This document shows positions 28,018 through 38,485 of a stretch of DNA of 64,000 bases, in pieces (position 1 is the stretch's first letter; each line of letters opens with the position of its first letter). Below the pieces are notes generated by a model. It saw only the letters and a program-made list of their open reading frames with translations. It had not been told where the DNA came from and ran no database searches. The position numbers and the translations under genes are program-made. Where the stretch lies: positions 5,398 through 69,397 of the IMG/VR virus record IMGVR_UViG_3300028831_000484. The stretch is one strand, 5' to 3'. Origin of the DNA: a virus.

Positions 28018-28833
28018 ATGAGCACGAAAATTGATCTTACCGGCCAAACGTTTGGAAGACTTACGGTGATAGCTGAAGTTAATAAACTTAACACGGGTGG
28101 AAGACGTAGGATTGCTTGGCAATGCAGATGTTCGTGCGGCAATTTGCGCGTCTTCACATTGGATACGCTGCGTCGAGGAATGACCAAGTCCTGTGGCTGT
28201 TATCGCTACGAACTGCTTGCAGCCGGTCGCGCCGTAATGCGTAGCCATCGTGGACCGCATATTGATCTCACTGGCCGACAGTTCACATATCTTACTGTCA
28301 TTGAAAAAAGCCACATTGATAAACATGGATGCGTTTGCTACAAATGCCGTTGTAAATGCGGTAACATCCACGTAGCAAAGGGGCACAACCTCACTCGCGG
28401 GACTGTAAAATCCTGCGGATGCTACCGCAGCACGCTGGCAATAGAAAGAACAAGGAACAAACTTGGCATTAACTCTCCAGCTTGGAAAGGCGGGAAAACC
28501 ACCAATGCTGACGGATACGTGATGGTATATGCCCCAAACCACACAAACGCTACGGCAAATGGAAGAGTGATGGAACACAGGCTTGTAATGGAAAAAATCA
28601 TTGGCCGTGCGCTCAAGAAGAATGAAACTGTACATCACAGGAATGGAAACCGAGCAGATAATCGACCGGAAAATCTTGAACTGTGGGCAAAGATAACGCA
28701 TCCATACGGCCAGCGCGTGACCGATCTTGTTAACGTGGCTAAAGAAATTTTGAAACAATATGGTCATCTATGCAATTCCGATGCTTTTGGTCTGCCCACG
28801 ACTGAGCACTTTCGAGAAGCAAACGGTTCGTGA
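28018..28833 (+). CDS. HNH endonuclease (HNH_3-like) with repeated N-terminal DNA-binding modules
   Basis: IDLTGQTFGRL / IDLTGRQFTYL repeats; EHRLVMEK...VHHRNGNRADNRPENLELW. Confidence 0.88.
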   Translation: MSTKIDLTGQTFGRLTVIAEVNKLNTGGRRRIAWQCRCSCGNLRVFTLDTLRRGMTKSCGCYRYELLAAGRAVMRSHRGPHIDLTGRQFTYLTVIEKSHIDKHGCVCYKCRCKCGNIHVAKGHNLTRGTVKSCGCYRSTLAIERTRNKLGINSPAWKGGKTTNADGYVMVYAPNHTNATANGRVMEHRLVMEKIIGRALKKNETVHHRNGNRADNRPENLELWAKITHPYGQRVTDLVNVAKEILKQYGHLCNSDAFGLPTTEHFREANGS

Positions 28834-31800
28834 TGCCAGTCGAAATGGATTATTCTGACCAATTACGATCAGCTCATCTTGGAAGTACCCCGCTCGAAGC
28901 CAGCACGGCACCAAGTTCTCCAACTGCGGCTGCGGCAACTCAACGCTCGCAAGCAGGGTTGGCGGCTGACGCACGGAGTTTGAGTAGCCGTACAAGTTCA
29001 AAGTGTAAGCAGTAGTATTCGGGAAACCCTGCGAACCCAGCTCCGCCATCCACTCTGACATGTTCGTTTCAAAGAAATGATCGCCATACAACCCGGACTT
29101 CAACCGCGAGGTATAGCCACTGCCCAAGCGGGAATACAGCGCCCTTACTCCGCCCCAAGCGTCCTCCGGCAAGTCCGAACGACCATACCTCATAATCGTT
29201 CCAGTCATGTCGCCCATGATGCACCAATCCTGAATGACACCAACGGCCAAGCTGCTCATCGGTTTTTTGATGGAAGCCATGGCCGTGAACCAAGCTGACG
29301 TGGTTGACACGGTTCCCCAGCGCAGGTCCAAGCACAACGCTCTAACGTCCGTGTCGGACGGGAAGCAAACGAATATCTCCTCCGTGGCAGAGTTCATGGC
29401 GGAGAAGATAAGGTTCGTCAGTGCAAGATTTGCTTGTTCGTAGAACAAGTCACTGCATCCTTCGGTGATTGCATCAAGGCGTGGAACTTCGTTCTCCAGC
29501 GCGAACCGATAAAACCCAAGCCTTCCTGCGTACAAGTGGAATTGTCCACTCACGTTGATCAACGTGTTCCGATAATACAACGCGCAGGATTCAAGCGACG
29601 GAGTTTTCCGGAATTCAAACGGGTCTGTCGCACGCGCCGTGTACCGCCCAAGGAAGATTGCCGAACCGGTGTAAATGACCAGCGTGCCGCGAAGGTCCAT
29701 CATTTTGATAATGGAGGAACCGTCATCCTGCAAATCGTCGTAGCCGACAATCGAACCATTCGCGTCCGAACGCGCAATGAGTTGATCAATGGCCGTCGCC
29801 TCCGCCTGCATGTCCAAGAACATCGTTTGATGGTCCGGATGCACGTAAAGAATCGTTGCTTGCAAGTTCCCGCCATCCAACCCGGCGCCAAGCACGGTAA
29901 TCAAATCGCCTGCGTTGAACGACCGAGCTTGATATTTCAACTTCAAGAATCGAGATCCGGCAAACATCGTGCCCGGCGTGGCGGCGGCAAATCGAAGCGG
30001 TTCATCCGGTGAAGACCACAGCGTTCGGAACTGAACCCGGTCGTACAAGGCCGGGTTGGTGATGCGGTCGTAGGCCGTGATGTTTTCCAGCTTGAACACC
30101 TGCGACGGCACGGACACGTAGTAATCGGTGGCGACGATGCGCGGCGAAACATAACCGGTGATGAGGCGCCAAGCCAAGTTGTCGAAGAAAATCTTGCGCC
30201 CAACCATCGACGGCTTGAAGTAATCGGTATCAGCCAGAACGTACGTGTCCGGCAACTGCTTTGCCGACTGGCCCGTTGCCGAGCCTACAAAAGCCGCTAT
30301 AACGACCAGTGCCGTGTCGCTCGTGATTGTGCCCACCTGCCGAACTTCGTCGCCCTCAGTGTCACCAGGCACGAGGATGGACGCTCCAGGATACAACTCC
30401 GAAGTGAACGCCGTGCCGCTGCCAGTGACAGCCGTTGTCCCCGCCTTGTCCACCAGTCCGGTCAAGTTGATTACGTTATCGTTAATCACTTGGAAAAGGG
30501 CGTCCGTGAATACCGTTGGCTCATCATCAACTTGGATGCGAACCGGACTCGTAATGGCGACAATCTTCGTTCGAAAGCCGTTGAGGAGGAAGATGTCTTT
30601 TCCGACCATCCCGTTATAGTTAAAGGCGGCTGTGCCAAAAAGCGCACGCTGCATCACCGGGGCGCCTGTATCGGGACTGGCTGGAGTGCCCGACACCGCG
30701 TACGTAAACGTCAACGCATCAATCACCGTAACAGTGAATAAGCCATTGTATGCCGCGTCGTCCGCGCCGGAGATGTTCACCAAGTCCCCGGTCGTAAGCT
30801 GGTGCGCCCTTACGCACACGAATGTAGCCGTGCCGGTTGCAGAAGTCAGACCGTTTGCAGTTGCTGCAACCGACGTGACATCCACGTAATTGTTTCCGGA
30901 ATCAATAACCGGGATGCCGGTAAAGGGGTAAGAGAAGAACGGGCCGTGCTGACGAAGCTCCAGCGTCCCGCCGTCCTCGTGCGCGAAGTTCGGCTCGATC
31001 TGATCCTGTTTCAACGCGGCGATGTCTCCACACATCAGGATGCCACCAAACTCTGCGATGGTCCCCACCAGCGCAACGCCCGCCTCGCGCAATTCGTAGT
31101 TCGGTTTGACCACGTCCTCTTCCACGCGATAAGTCTGCACCAAGTCTGAGCCATTGTTGAAAAGGCTGTAACCGTTGATATTGACTGCCTCCCATCTTTG
31201 TCCGTCAGAGTCGTAACCAAGGCCAACGACTCCCCATCGGCCAGGCTCGTCGTCGTAGTAATCGTCAATGTAAACGGTGTCTCCGATGTACTCGTAGTAA
31301 TCGTCAATGTAATCGTCTTCCGTGGTGTAATACCCTTCGTCCTCTACCGGCTCATAATACTGGCCATCATCGAAAGCATAGTAACGATAAAGATGAGTCG
31401 CCGTGCCAGCGATTACCGCTTGGTTTCCATTCGGGCGCTTAGCCTGACCGATTAAAACAATCGGCAGGTTTCGAGCTTCACGCTCCTCCAAAAACAAACT
31501 ATCAAATTCCGCAGTGCCGGTGGTGACGCTGGATGCCAGCTTGCCATAGAACCGTAACTTCCCGTAGACCGCATCGAACGGAACAACGACATCGTAGGAT
31601 ACATCCTCCCACGTCGTTGGATTGCCGGATGCCGAGTCTAGCAGTGTCTCGATGGACAATTGATTCAACTCTCCATCGAACCAAATAATTTCAACAAGCA
31701 ATGCCAGGGCTGCATCGCTCACCTGGTAGGAAAACTCAACATGCCACGAACGGCCGCGTGTTGCCTTCAAGTAGTAGGAAGACTCCACATATTGCTCCGC

Positions 31801-31842
31801 AGTCGCAGAGCTACTTACAATTGTTATTTCTGCGGTTGGCAT
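28768..31842 (-). CDS. putative tail tubular / head-stabilisation protein with inserted domains
   Basis: 1024 aa, beta-propeller-like; position after the adaptor; contains the AHQLTTGDLVNISGA module. Confidence 0.6.
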   Translation of the reverse strand: MPTAEITIVSSSATAEQYVESSYYLKATRGRSWHVEFSYQVSDAALALLVEIIWFDGELNQLSIETLLDSASGNPTTWEDVSYDVVVPFDAVYGKLRFYGKLASSVTTGTAEFDSLFLEEREARNLPIVLIGQAKRPNGNQAVIAGTATHLYRYYAFDDGQYYEPVEDEGYYTTEDDYIDDYYEYIGDTVYIDDYYDDEPGRWGVVGLGYDSDGQRWEAVNINGYSLFNNGSDLVQTYRVEEDVVKPNYELREAGVALVGTIAEFGGILMCGDIAALKQDQIEPNFAHEDGGTLELRQHGPFFSYPFTGIPVIDSGNNYVDVTSVAATANGLTSATGTATFVCVRAHQLTTGDLVNISGADDAAYNGLFTVTVIDALTFTYAVSGTPASPDTGAPVMQRALFGTAAFNYNGMVGKDIFLLNGFRTKIVAITSPVRIQVDDEPTVFTDALFQVINDNVINLTGLVDKAGTTAVTGSGTAFTSELYPGASILVPGDTEGDEVRQVGTITSDTALVVIAAFVGSATGQSAKQLPDTYVLADTDYFKPSMVGRKIFFDNLAWRLITGYVSPRIVATDYYVSVPSQVFKLENITAYDRITNPALYDRVQFRTLWSSPDEPLRFAAATPGTMFAGSRFLKLKYQARSFNAGDLITVLGAGLDGGNLQATILYVHPDHQTMFLDMQAEATAIDQLIARSDANGSIVGYDDLQDDGSSIIKMMDLRGTLVIYTGSAIFLGRYTARATDPFEFRKTPSLESCALYYRNTLINVSGQFHLYAGRLGFYRFALENEVPRLDAITEGCSDLFYEQANLALTNLIFSAMNSATEEIFVCFPSDTDVRALCLDLRWGTVSTTSAWFTAMASIKKPMSSLAVGVIQDWCIMGDMTGTIMRYGRSDLPEDAWGGVRALYSRLGSGYTSRLKSGLYGDHFFETNMSEWMAELGSQGFPNTTAYTLNLYGYSNSVRQPPTLLASVELPQPQLENLVPCWLRAGYFQDELIVIGQNNPFRLASRTVCFSKVLSRGQTKSIGIA

Positions 31843-32823
31843 TTATGTACCTGGATAACCCGGACCAAATGCAAGCCCAGCGCCCGCGTTGTAGATGGCC
31901 GTTGCATCGCTGTCCGAAAGAATGCCGTTGAATATAGCAATTTCGTCGTAGTTCATCGACGTATTGAGACTCGCCTTCACAAAGGCAATAACACAATGAT
32001 CCCAAGCCGGTAACGGCAAAACAGGAGAAGCGTCCACGCTTGTTGCGGTCCCGTTGTTAAGGCTGAACCAAAGCAAGCTTGTGCTTGGGTCAAACCAAAT
32101 TCGGAAGAAATTCCAGACCCCGTTTGTGCTGGCCAACGGAATGTCTACCGATGTCGAAAGCACGGCATTCTCCATGAACAATGTGCTTAGCCCATTGCCA
32201 ATTTGAAGGTAAACCATCCATGCCTCGAAATTCGATGCGTCATCAAATTCAAATTGAACATCTCCAAACTGCGCAGTGCTGTCGTTTTTATACCATCCGC
32301 AAATGCTAAAACCGGCTTCGCTTGGCCCAACTGGCGGGTTCCATGTTGCAGGGTCTAGCCCAGCACCACCAGCATTAGTGGCTGACGCAATGTTCAAAGC
32401 ATTCCCAACCACGCCAGCCACAGCGGAGAGAACGCCAGAGCCACCGACATGCGACAAGTCGTTGCCGTTTACAGAATCAACCCTGGTTGTAAAGTTGCCA
32501 GCTTCCTCCAATGCCCAGTAAGAAACCAATTCAAACACAGGTTCCTCTCCGCCGCCCTCATCGGTCGTTATGACATCGGTTAAGTTACGAAATCCAGCAA
32601 GCGGGTACGATTGTCGTTCCGGGTATGGTTGATTGCCAATGGGGATGTCGAGGTTCGGATGAAACCAATCATGTCCCTCCCTGCGAATTTCTTGGTCGTA
32701 GTCGCGCCGAAAGTCCTGCTTCGCTACGTAGTTCGGGAATGCAGCGACTTCTCCGGTTGCCCTCGAAAGCAGTTTGCCACCGTCCTTCGGTGTGACCGTG
32801 ACTGGTTTGTTGACGTTGGGCAT
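31843..32823 (-). CDS. virion protein with LamG/ConA-like domain
   Basis: VSYWALEE...SICGWYK...YDEIAIFNGILSDSDATAIYNAG. Confidence 0.7.
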   Translation of the reverse strand: MPNVNKPVTVTPKDGGKLLSRATGEVAAFPNYVAKQDFRRDYDQEIRREGHDWFHPNLDIPIGNQPYPERQSYPLAGFRNLTDVITTDEGGGEEPVFELVSYWALEEAGNFTTRVDSVNGNDLSHVGGSGVLSAVAGVVGNALNIASATNAGGAGLDPATWNPPVGPSEAGFSICGWYKNDSTAQFGDVQFEFDDASNFEAWMVYLQIGNGLSTLFMENAVLSTSVDIPLASTNGVWNFFRIWFDPSTSLLWFSLNNGTATSVDASPVLPLPAWDHCVIAFVKASLNTSMNYDEIAIFNGILSDSDATAIYNAGAGLAFGPGYPGT

Positions 32824-32830
32824 TGCAGCA

Positions 32831-33772
32831 TTACCGTTTCAAGTAGGTGGCTCGCCGGTTGGTGAGATAAAGGTCCGTGCGCTTTGAGCGAAACATTGCC
32901 TCCGCAGCCTGCGCTTGTTTTAAATCCTGATCAACGTGACGCTTGAACCATTCCGTGACGTACTCCGCCACTGCCTCTGCGGCCTGCTCATCAAACGGCG
33001 TCTCATCGGCATCTGCCCATTCCAGCTTAACGCCGTCCCAGTTGAGTTCGAAAGACCACAAAAACCCATCCGCGTCTAAACCGACTGGAAGCACCGGGGA
33101 AATGAGGAACGCGGAACCGTTCGGGTCCAGTGCTATGGCAGCTTCACCGTTCGCCAAACAGTTGCCACCGTGCGTCAAGTCGTACCGATACTTCCAATCG
33201 ATCTGCCTGCAAAGAAACCTGGCCACCGCATAATCCATCGTCGTGGTGCCTGTCCCTGCGCTCGTAATATCAACGACGCCTGTATTATTCAAAGCACCGG
33301 TTGCCGTGGTGTGCAGCGACAGCGTGTTGCCGTCCACCACACGAATCCAATACGTGTGATTGCTGGCCAATCCGCCCGGCAAAGAACCACCAGTATTGGC
33401 GAGCTGCCCGTTGAAAATCTCCGCCAATGAAGTGGCAATCGGAATGCCGTGCGCCGTGCTGGTCAACGTGTCGCTCGTGGCGTCAACGGCGGAAACGGTG
33501 ATGGTCTTCTTGCGGACAACGTAGCAATCACGCGGCTCGCAGCGTTCGGGCAATTCACCAGTGCTGGCGAAACCGTCAGCCGTCAAAGACGAGTTAATCG
33601 TTCCATCATCAACGTAGATGTCTTGGTGACCAGTCCGATATTTGGAAATGCTTTCCTGAAGCTTCATCGCCCCGCAGCGAATCTTTACCTCCTTGCCAGC
33701 AGTGGTTCCAAGGCGCACGGCATCCGTGAGGAGCAGTGCGTTTACGGCCGCTTTGAAGTCCTGCCAAATCAT
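32831..33772 (-). CDS. putative head-tail adaptor with inserted beta domain
   Basis: Position after the capsid gene; insert GGSLPGGLASNHTYWIRVVDGNTLSL. Confidence 0.55.
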   Translation of the reverse strand: MIWQDFKAAVNALLLTDAVRLGTTAGKEVKIRCGAMKLQESISKYRTGHQDIYVDDGTINSSLTADGFASTGELPERCEPRDCYVVRKKTITVSAVDATSDTLTSTAHGIPIATSLAEIFNGQLANTGGSLPGGLASNHTYWIRVVDGNTLSLHTTATGALNNTGVVDITSAGTGTTTMDYAVARFLCRQIDWKYRYDLTHGGNCLANGEAAIALDPNGSAFLISPVLPVGLDADGFLWSFELNWDGVKLEWADADETPFDEQAAEAVAEYVTEWFKRHVDQDLKQAQAAEAMFRSKRTDLYLTNRRATYLKR

Positions 33773-33775
33773 GGT

Positions 33776-34276
33776 TTACCTGTCCAGTGGTGGACGAGCG
33801 GCACGCAGCCGTTCTTCCAAGGTTGAACGCTTCTTTCGCTGGCGCGGGCCTGCCGGTGCAGCTTCAACCTTCAAGGCTTCCGCAACGCTGGCCACCGGTT
33901 CCGTGCTTACCGGTGGTTCGACTTCCGGAGCATCGGGATTACCCGCCGCCCTGACCGCAGCACCCTGGCCCTTTATTGCCGCGAGCGGAGCGCCGGTTCT
34001 CGTTGTAGGCGTGACCGGCTGAATAGGCCGCTTCCAAGCTGGCGACCCTGGAGAACTTTGGGTTTTTTTTTGAACCATCAGGTTGTAGTCATCCTGCGTG
34101 ATCTCCTTCAACCCGGCGCGTGGATCCTTCATCGCCTCCAATATGGATGCAATCACCGCCTCGTCCTCTGTCGCGTAAACCCCGTAGAGTATGCCGCTGA
34201 GTGTGTCAACCGGATCGAAGTAAAGCTTGCCCACCGGTTTGTTGGCTGGGGCCTTTGAAAAGTAACGTTTGCTCAT
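33776..34276 (-). CDS. hypothetical protein
   Basis: ORF downstream of the capsid terminator. Confidence 0.6.
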   Translation of the reverse strand: MSKRYFSKAPANKPVGKLYFDPVDTLSGILYGVYATEDEAVIASILEAMKDPRAGLKEITQDDYNLMVQKKTQSSPGSPAWKRPIQPVTPTTRTGAPLAAIKGQGAAVRAAGNPDAPEVEPPVSTEPVASVAEALKVEAAPAGPRQRKKRSTLEERLRAARPPLDR

Positions 34277-34313
34277 GGTCGTCACCTTAGATTTTACCTG
34301 CCGCGTTTCAATG

Positions 34314-34342
34314 AAAAACGGGCGGAAGTTGCCCTCCGCCCG
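34314..34342 (-). terminator. intrinsic terminator after the major capsid gene
   Basis: Minus strand cgggcggagg-gcaa-cttccgcccg-ttttt. Confidence 0.78.
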
Positions 34343-34381
34343 CCTACCATGCCCACCGGACTGGCCGACGGGAAGGAATTG

Positions 34382-36049
34382 TTAACCCTCGCTGGTGCCA
34401 GAGCAGACGTTGTCCGTGGCGAGCACAGGGCAATCACCCGAGAAGTTCTTCAGCACATAGTGCCGGAGCGGGTCTTCGATGATCGAAGTCCACTTCTTGC
34501 TCTTCAGGATGTAAGTGTTCTGCACCGCTTTGATGACGCAGTTATACAACCGATCCGTAGCCGGGTCAGGACTGACGCGCTGCACCGAGTTGGAGTCAGC
34601 AATGCCGAGCTGAATGTCCGACCAGTCCAGCGCCCACATCGTGCGCTGCCGGTTAATCTGATCGGCGTCCGTGCCAGCCGCCAGCAACTTGTCGGAGAAG
34701 TAGTCATCGTGCCAGATGACCAGTTCGAATCCGCCGAATTCGGCAGGGATTTCGTACAAGTCGTAGTTCAACATGACCTGCTTCTCGAAGGTCAGCTTCT
34801 CGTTCGGCTTGTAGAACCTGGTGTTGTCAACCCCGTAGTACGCCTTGAAGAAGTTGAGCATCGTCGTGAAGATGCGGCCAGCGTTCGTCCGGTTCGTGGC
34901 CCATTCGATACGGTCAATCGTCCCACCGGATGCTTCACGCGCACGCTTCATGTCGTAGGACAGGTCGAACAAATCGGCCAAGTCCAGCGGGTTCCCGGCG
35001 AGATCGCCGTAACGGCCGCAGTCAATGAGCTGCTGCTCGAACCCGAGCGCGTTGGCCTTGTATTCCAACGTGCAGTCGGTGGCGTTCGGGTCAACCACCG
35101 TGGGCAGGTTGGTGTAGTTGTTGACATCCTGATTCTCGTTGATGCGCTGCCCGAAGAACACCGAGTTGAGCCAAGCTTTGTAAGCCTGCGCCTGCTGCTG
35201 CACCTTCTGCTGTGCCAGCGGAAGCTGCTTGAACTGCTTCCAATACCCGGAAGTCAACGCTGCATTCAGCGCCATCAGGTACTCCGTGTTGACACAGGAA
35301 GTTTCCCGGCTGGTTTGCAACCAATAGCATAGCAACATGTTGGGGTTATCGGACGGATCGTTGTAGCACCAGGACTCGTAGTCCGAGACCGAGTTCGCCA
35401 AGTTGAGGAGCAAGCCAGCCGTGGGTTGCCAAGCTTTCTTTTGATCGCTCGTCAGGCCACTCCATCCCGCATCGGAGTAGTTCGGTTCCAACGTCAGCGT
35501 GGCATCGCTGCCATCGTTAACAGAGGCGATGATCTTGAACTGCATCGCATAGGCAGCTTTCGTGGAGGCGTCCACCGTTTCGATGAGAACGTAACGGCCC
35601 GGCAGGAAAAATCGTTCGATGTTCGTTAACGGCGTCCCATACTTGGATGGGTTGTTCGACACCGTGACATCCCAAGCCCCAGAATGCAGACCTTCGCCAT
35701 CATTGTCCTCGCCAGCGGTCACCAACCAGTAGTTGGAGTTGATGTTGCGCTTCTGCCTTCGGTAGATGTAGGGCAGGATGATGGACTCGTTTTTGATGGG
35801 CGCCCGCGCCAGTTCGCCCTTGATGGGAACCATGCGGGAGTTCAGCAACGACTCCAAAAATTTCTCCTGGTAACCGGCCACCACCGCTTCAGCAGCGGAA
35901 GAGATGACGCGGTCCATATAGACTTCGGTTGCCCCCTGCGCTTCGAACGTGTCAGGCGTCATGCCAACGATCGAGGCCCGCGTGAGAGCACAACCACACG
36001 AAGCGTCAACGGCGACGTACCGCGATCCACAATTGGATGGGAAACTCAT
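34382..36049 (-). CDS. probable major capsid protein
   Basis: 555 aa; follows portal and scaffold; followed by a strong terminator. Assigned from synteny. Confidence 0.72.
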   Translation of the reverse strand: MSFPSNCGSRYVAVDASCGCALTRASIVGMTPDTFEAQGATEVYMDRVISSAAEAVVAGYQEKFLESLLNSRMVPIKGELARAPIKNESIILPYIYRRQKRNINSNYWLVTAGEDNDGEGLHSGAWDVTVSNNPSKYGTPLTNIERFFLPGRYVLIETVDASTKAAYAMQFKIIASVNDGSDATLTLEPNYSDAGWSGLTSDQKKAWQPTAGLLLNLANSVSDYESWCYNDPSDNPNMLLCYWLQTSRETSCVNTEYLMALNAALTSGYWKQFKQLPLAQQKVQQQAQAYKAWLNSVFFGQRINENQDVNNYTNLPTVVDPNATDCTLEYKANALGFEQQLIDCGRYGDLAGNPLDLADLFDLSYDMKRAREASGGTIDRIEWATNRTNAGRIFTTMLNFFKAYYGVDNTRFYKPNEKLTFEKQVMLNYDLYEIPAEFGGFELVIWHDDYFSDKLLAAGTDADQINRQRTMWALDWSDIQLGIADSNSVQRVSPDPATDRLYNCVIKAVQNTYILKSKKWTSIIEDPLRHYVLKNFSGDCPVLATDNVCSGTSEG

Positions 36050-36078
36050 AGATTTTGTCGTTAATTATTTTGTGTCCT

Positions 36079-36100
36079 GTCACCCTAATTTTCGGCTGAC
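36079..36100. promoter_or_regulatory. 22-bp palindrome copy upstream of the capsid gene
   Basis: gtcaccct-aatttt-cggctgac (second arm 6/8). Confidence 0.6.
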
Positions 36101-36194
36101 ATTTCCAGGAACCAATTAAAATCTAAAAAAGAGGCTAAAAACTCCAATCCAGTGCAGGCTTGAAAAACTGTGCGGATTAACGCACCATGCTGCC

Positions 36195-36821
36195 ATGAAT
36201 CAAGGAGCGTGCCGGTGGTGCCGAAAACGAGACAAATGGGCTAGGGGACTATGCAGTGCCTGCTATGGCAAGTTGTGGAGGCGAGAAAATCCAACGGGTT
36301 GGGAAAAGATACGCGCCAAGCAACGACGCTACTACCAATCAAATAGGTATTGGATCCTGGAAAAACAGAAGCAATACCTGCAACGCCACAAGGCAGAGCG
36401 ACGCAGATATATCAAACGATGGAATAGAAGGAACAAGCACCGATTGAATGGATACACGGTTGCATACCGCAATCGCCACAGGAAGGCCGCGCCACAGGCT
36501 TTCCTTTTAATGAGAAGACGACGGTACTGGCGGCGAGTCGATCACTACCGGATGAAAAGTCGGGATTACGCCCATGTAAGGTACGCCCGCTTGCGAAACT
36601 CAAGCTTTCAGTTTTTTAGCTCTCTGGAGATTTTTGAGCGCGATGGATGGCGCTGCTGGATTTGCGGCAAACCAACCAGAAAGAAAGCGCGTTTCAGACA
36701 AGATCCACTTTCGGCTTCAATCGACCATGTTATTCCAGTTTCCAAGGGAGGCGCCCACACAAAAAGAAACGTGCGCTGTGCGCACCTTTTCTGCAACAAG
36801 AAGCGCAGCAACGCACTGTAA
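36195..36821 (+). CDS. HNH endonuclease, antisense, between scaffold and capsid
   Basis: FERDGWRCWICGK...SIDHVIPVSKGGAHTKRNVRCAHLFCN. Confidence 0.85.
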   Translation: MNQGACRWCRKRDKWARGLCSACYGKLWRRENPTGWEKIRAKQRRYYQSNRYWILEKQKQYLQRHKAERRRYIKRWNRRNKHRLNGYTVAYRNRHRKAAPQAFLLMRRRRYWRRVDHYRMKSRDYAHVRYARLRNSSFQFFSSLEIFERDGWRCWICGKPTRKKARFRQDPLSASIDHVIPVSKGGAHTKRNVRCAHLFCNKKRSNAL

Positions 36822-36844
36822 ATGTTCCATGTGGCACGTTACCG

Positions 36845-38476
36845 TTAACTTAGACCGAGCAACTTACTGGCCCCAGGCGCAATCGTTTCCAAAAATTTGA
36901 GATTGGGGTTCGGTGCCGGTGCGTTGCTTGCCGCTCCCGGTGCTATTGAAACCCCGCCCCTTGGTGAGGCGGCAGGCAGCGCAGCGGGAGGTTGTGCTGC
37001 TTGACCGTTTTGTGCGGCGGCTGGCACAGCGGGCGCCGGGCGGGCGGGTGCAGCGGGCGGAGGTGCAGCCGGAGCACCCGGTTTTTGATACCCAAGCTGT
37101 TCGGCTTGGCGGGCAATTTCCTCGTAACGCTGCGTTATCAGGAGCTGAGCGTTCCCCTCCAATCGTTCAAGGATGAATTCCGGATCCGTTCCTACCGCCC
37201 AATACTTGGCCTTTGTTCCCTCTGCGTCCTTTGCCATCAAGGCATTGTATTGGGTAGCGGGAAGCCAATGTTTACCGTGGCGCACGCGGTCCTTCACCGG
37301 CAGCGCAGTCATCTGCTGCTCCGTATAAAACAGGAAGTTGGACAAGTCCTGATGCATCCGGTTGTTCTGGTCATGCTTGGAGACCCCGTAGGCCAAGCGA
37401 AGAAACTCACCGGCCAGGTTGCGATGGTCATGCAAGATTCTTGCTTCGATTGCGAACTTCGTCTGGTCGAAGTTGCTGTTGATTATCTCTTTAGCCTTCG
37501 CCGGGTCCAACCGTTTGGCGGCTTGTTCCGGCGCCACCGGTTTCGTGAAACGATCCACGAACTCATCGGTGAGCTTGCGGAGGTGTGGCGTCATCTCCAT
37601 CTCATACTGCTTTTCGATGACGGGCTTTAACCGTTCCTCGGTTTCCCGAAGAATCTCCGCCCGAGCTTCGTTCTTTGCGTCCGTGATTAACTTCTCCCGG
37701 TTCAGCTTACGAATTAAGGCGTCGGACAATTGCGGCTTGTTGCGCGTTTGGAATTCCGCCAGTGCATCCTCATCCGGATTGGTGGCGTTGAATTCATCCA
37801 ATCGTCGCAGGTAGGCAACCTGTTCGGCAGCTTTGCCCTTCAACTCCGGCCGTGTTCCTTCAGCCCATGTGAGCAAGTCGATTAACTCGCGGTTCTCTTC
37901 CGGCAACGTTTTAACATATTCCGCGTTTGGATCAGGCGGCGGCGGAGGCGGCGGAGCAGGCGTCGTAAGGCCCGAAAGCTTCGCTTGGATGTCACGTTGA
38001 ATCTCCAGGATTTCCTGAGTGCTGCTACGGCGCACGGTGAGTGGTGGCGCAGGCGGCGTGGACGGTGCAGGCGGCGCGGCAGAAGGAGCAGCGCCGGGCG
38101 CGGCGGCGGGAGCAGCGGGCGCGGCGGGAGGCGCAGGTGTGGCTGCGGGTGCTGGTACAGCGGCAGGGGCGGCGGGAGCGGCTGGAGGGACGGGTGGTTG
38201 CACAGGTCCCGGAGGAAGAGGAGGGGATCCATTGTTGGTGGGGTTCGGTGGTTTGCTTGCTGCGATGGCGGCGGCACGTTCACCGACAGTCTCTCCCGGA
38301 TCAAAGCGCGGAGGTGGTGGAGGAGGAGCATTGGGATCTGCTGGCGGTTCGGGCGCCAGCGGTTTCAGCGTGAGTTGATCGTCAAGGGTGGCGTTTAAAA
38401 GTGATTTTGTTAAACGTTGCATCCACGGATCGACCTTCGGTTTCGGTGGCGGGGTAGGAGGAGCTTGTTCGGGCAT
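36845..38476 (-). CDS. putative scaffolding protein
   Basis: Pro/Ala-rich ends, helical core; lies between portal and capsid. Confidence 0.6.
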   Translation of the reverse strand: MPEQAPPTPPPKPKVDPWMQRLTKSLLNATLDDQLTLKPLAPEPPADPNAPPPPPPRFDPGETVGERAAAIAASKPPNPTNNGSPPLPPGPVQPPVPPAAPAAPAAVPAPAATPAPPAAPAAPAAAPGAAPSAAPPAPSTPPAPPLTVRRSSTQEILEIQRDIQAKLSGLTTPAPPPPPPPDPNAEYVKTLPEENRELIDLLTWAEGTRPELKGKAAEQVAYLRRLDEFNATNPDEDALAEFQTRNKPQLSDALIRKLNREKLITDAKNEARAEILRETEERLKPVIEKQYEMEMTPHLRKLTDEFVDRFTKPVAPEQAAKRLDPAKAKEIINSNFDQTKFAIEARILHDHRNLAGEFLRLAYGVSKHDQNNRMHQDLSNFLFYTEQQMTALPVKDRVRHGKHWLPATQYNALMAKDAEGTKAKYWAVGTDPEFILERLEGNAQLLITQRYEEIARQAEQLGYQKPGAPAAPPPAAPARPAPAVPAAAQNGQAAQPPAALPAASPRGGVSIAPGAASNAPAPNPNLKFLETIAPGASKLLGLS

Positions 38477-38485
38477 GGTAGGTAG

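Noticed and set aside
34349-35332. Long antisense ORFs over the capsid and other late genes
   Set aside because: Shadow frames of GC-rich coding genes.
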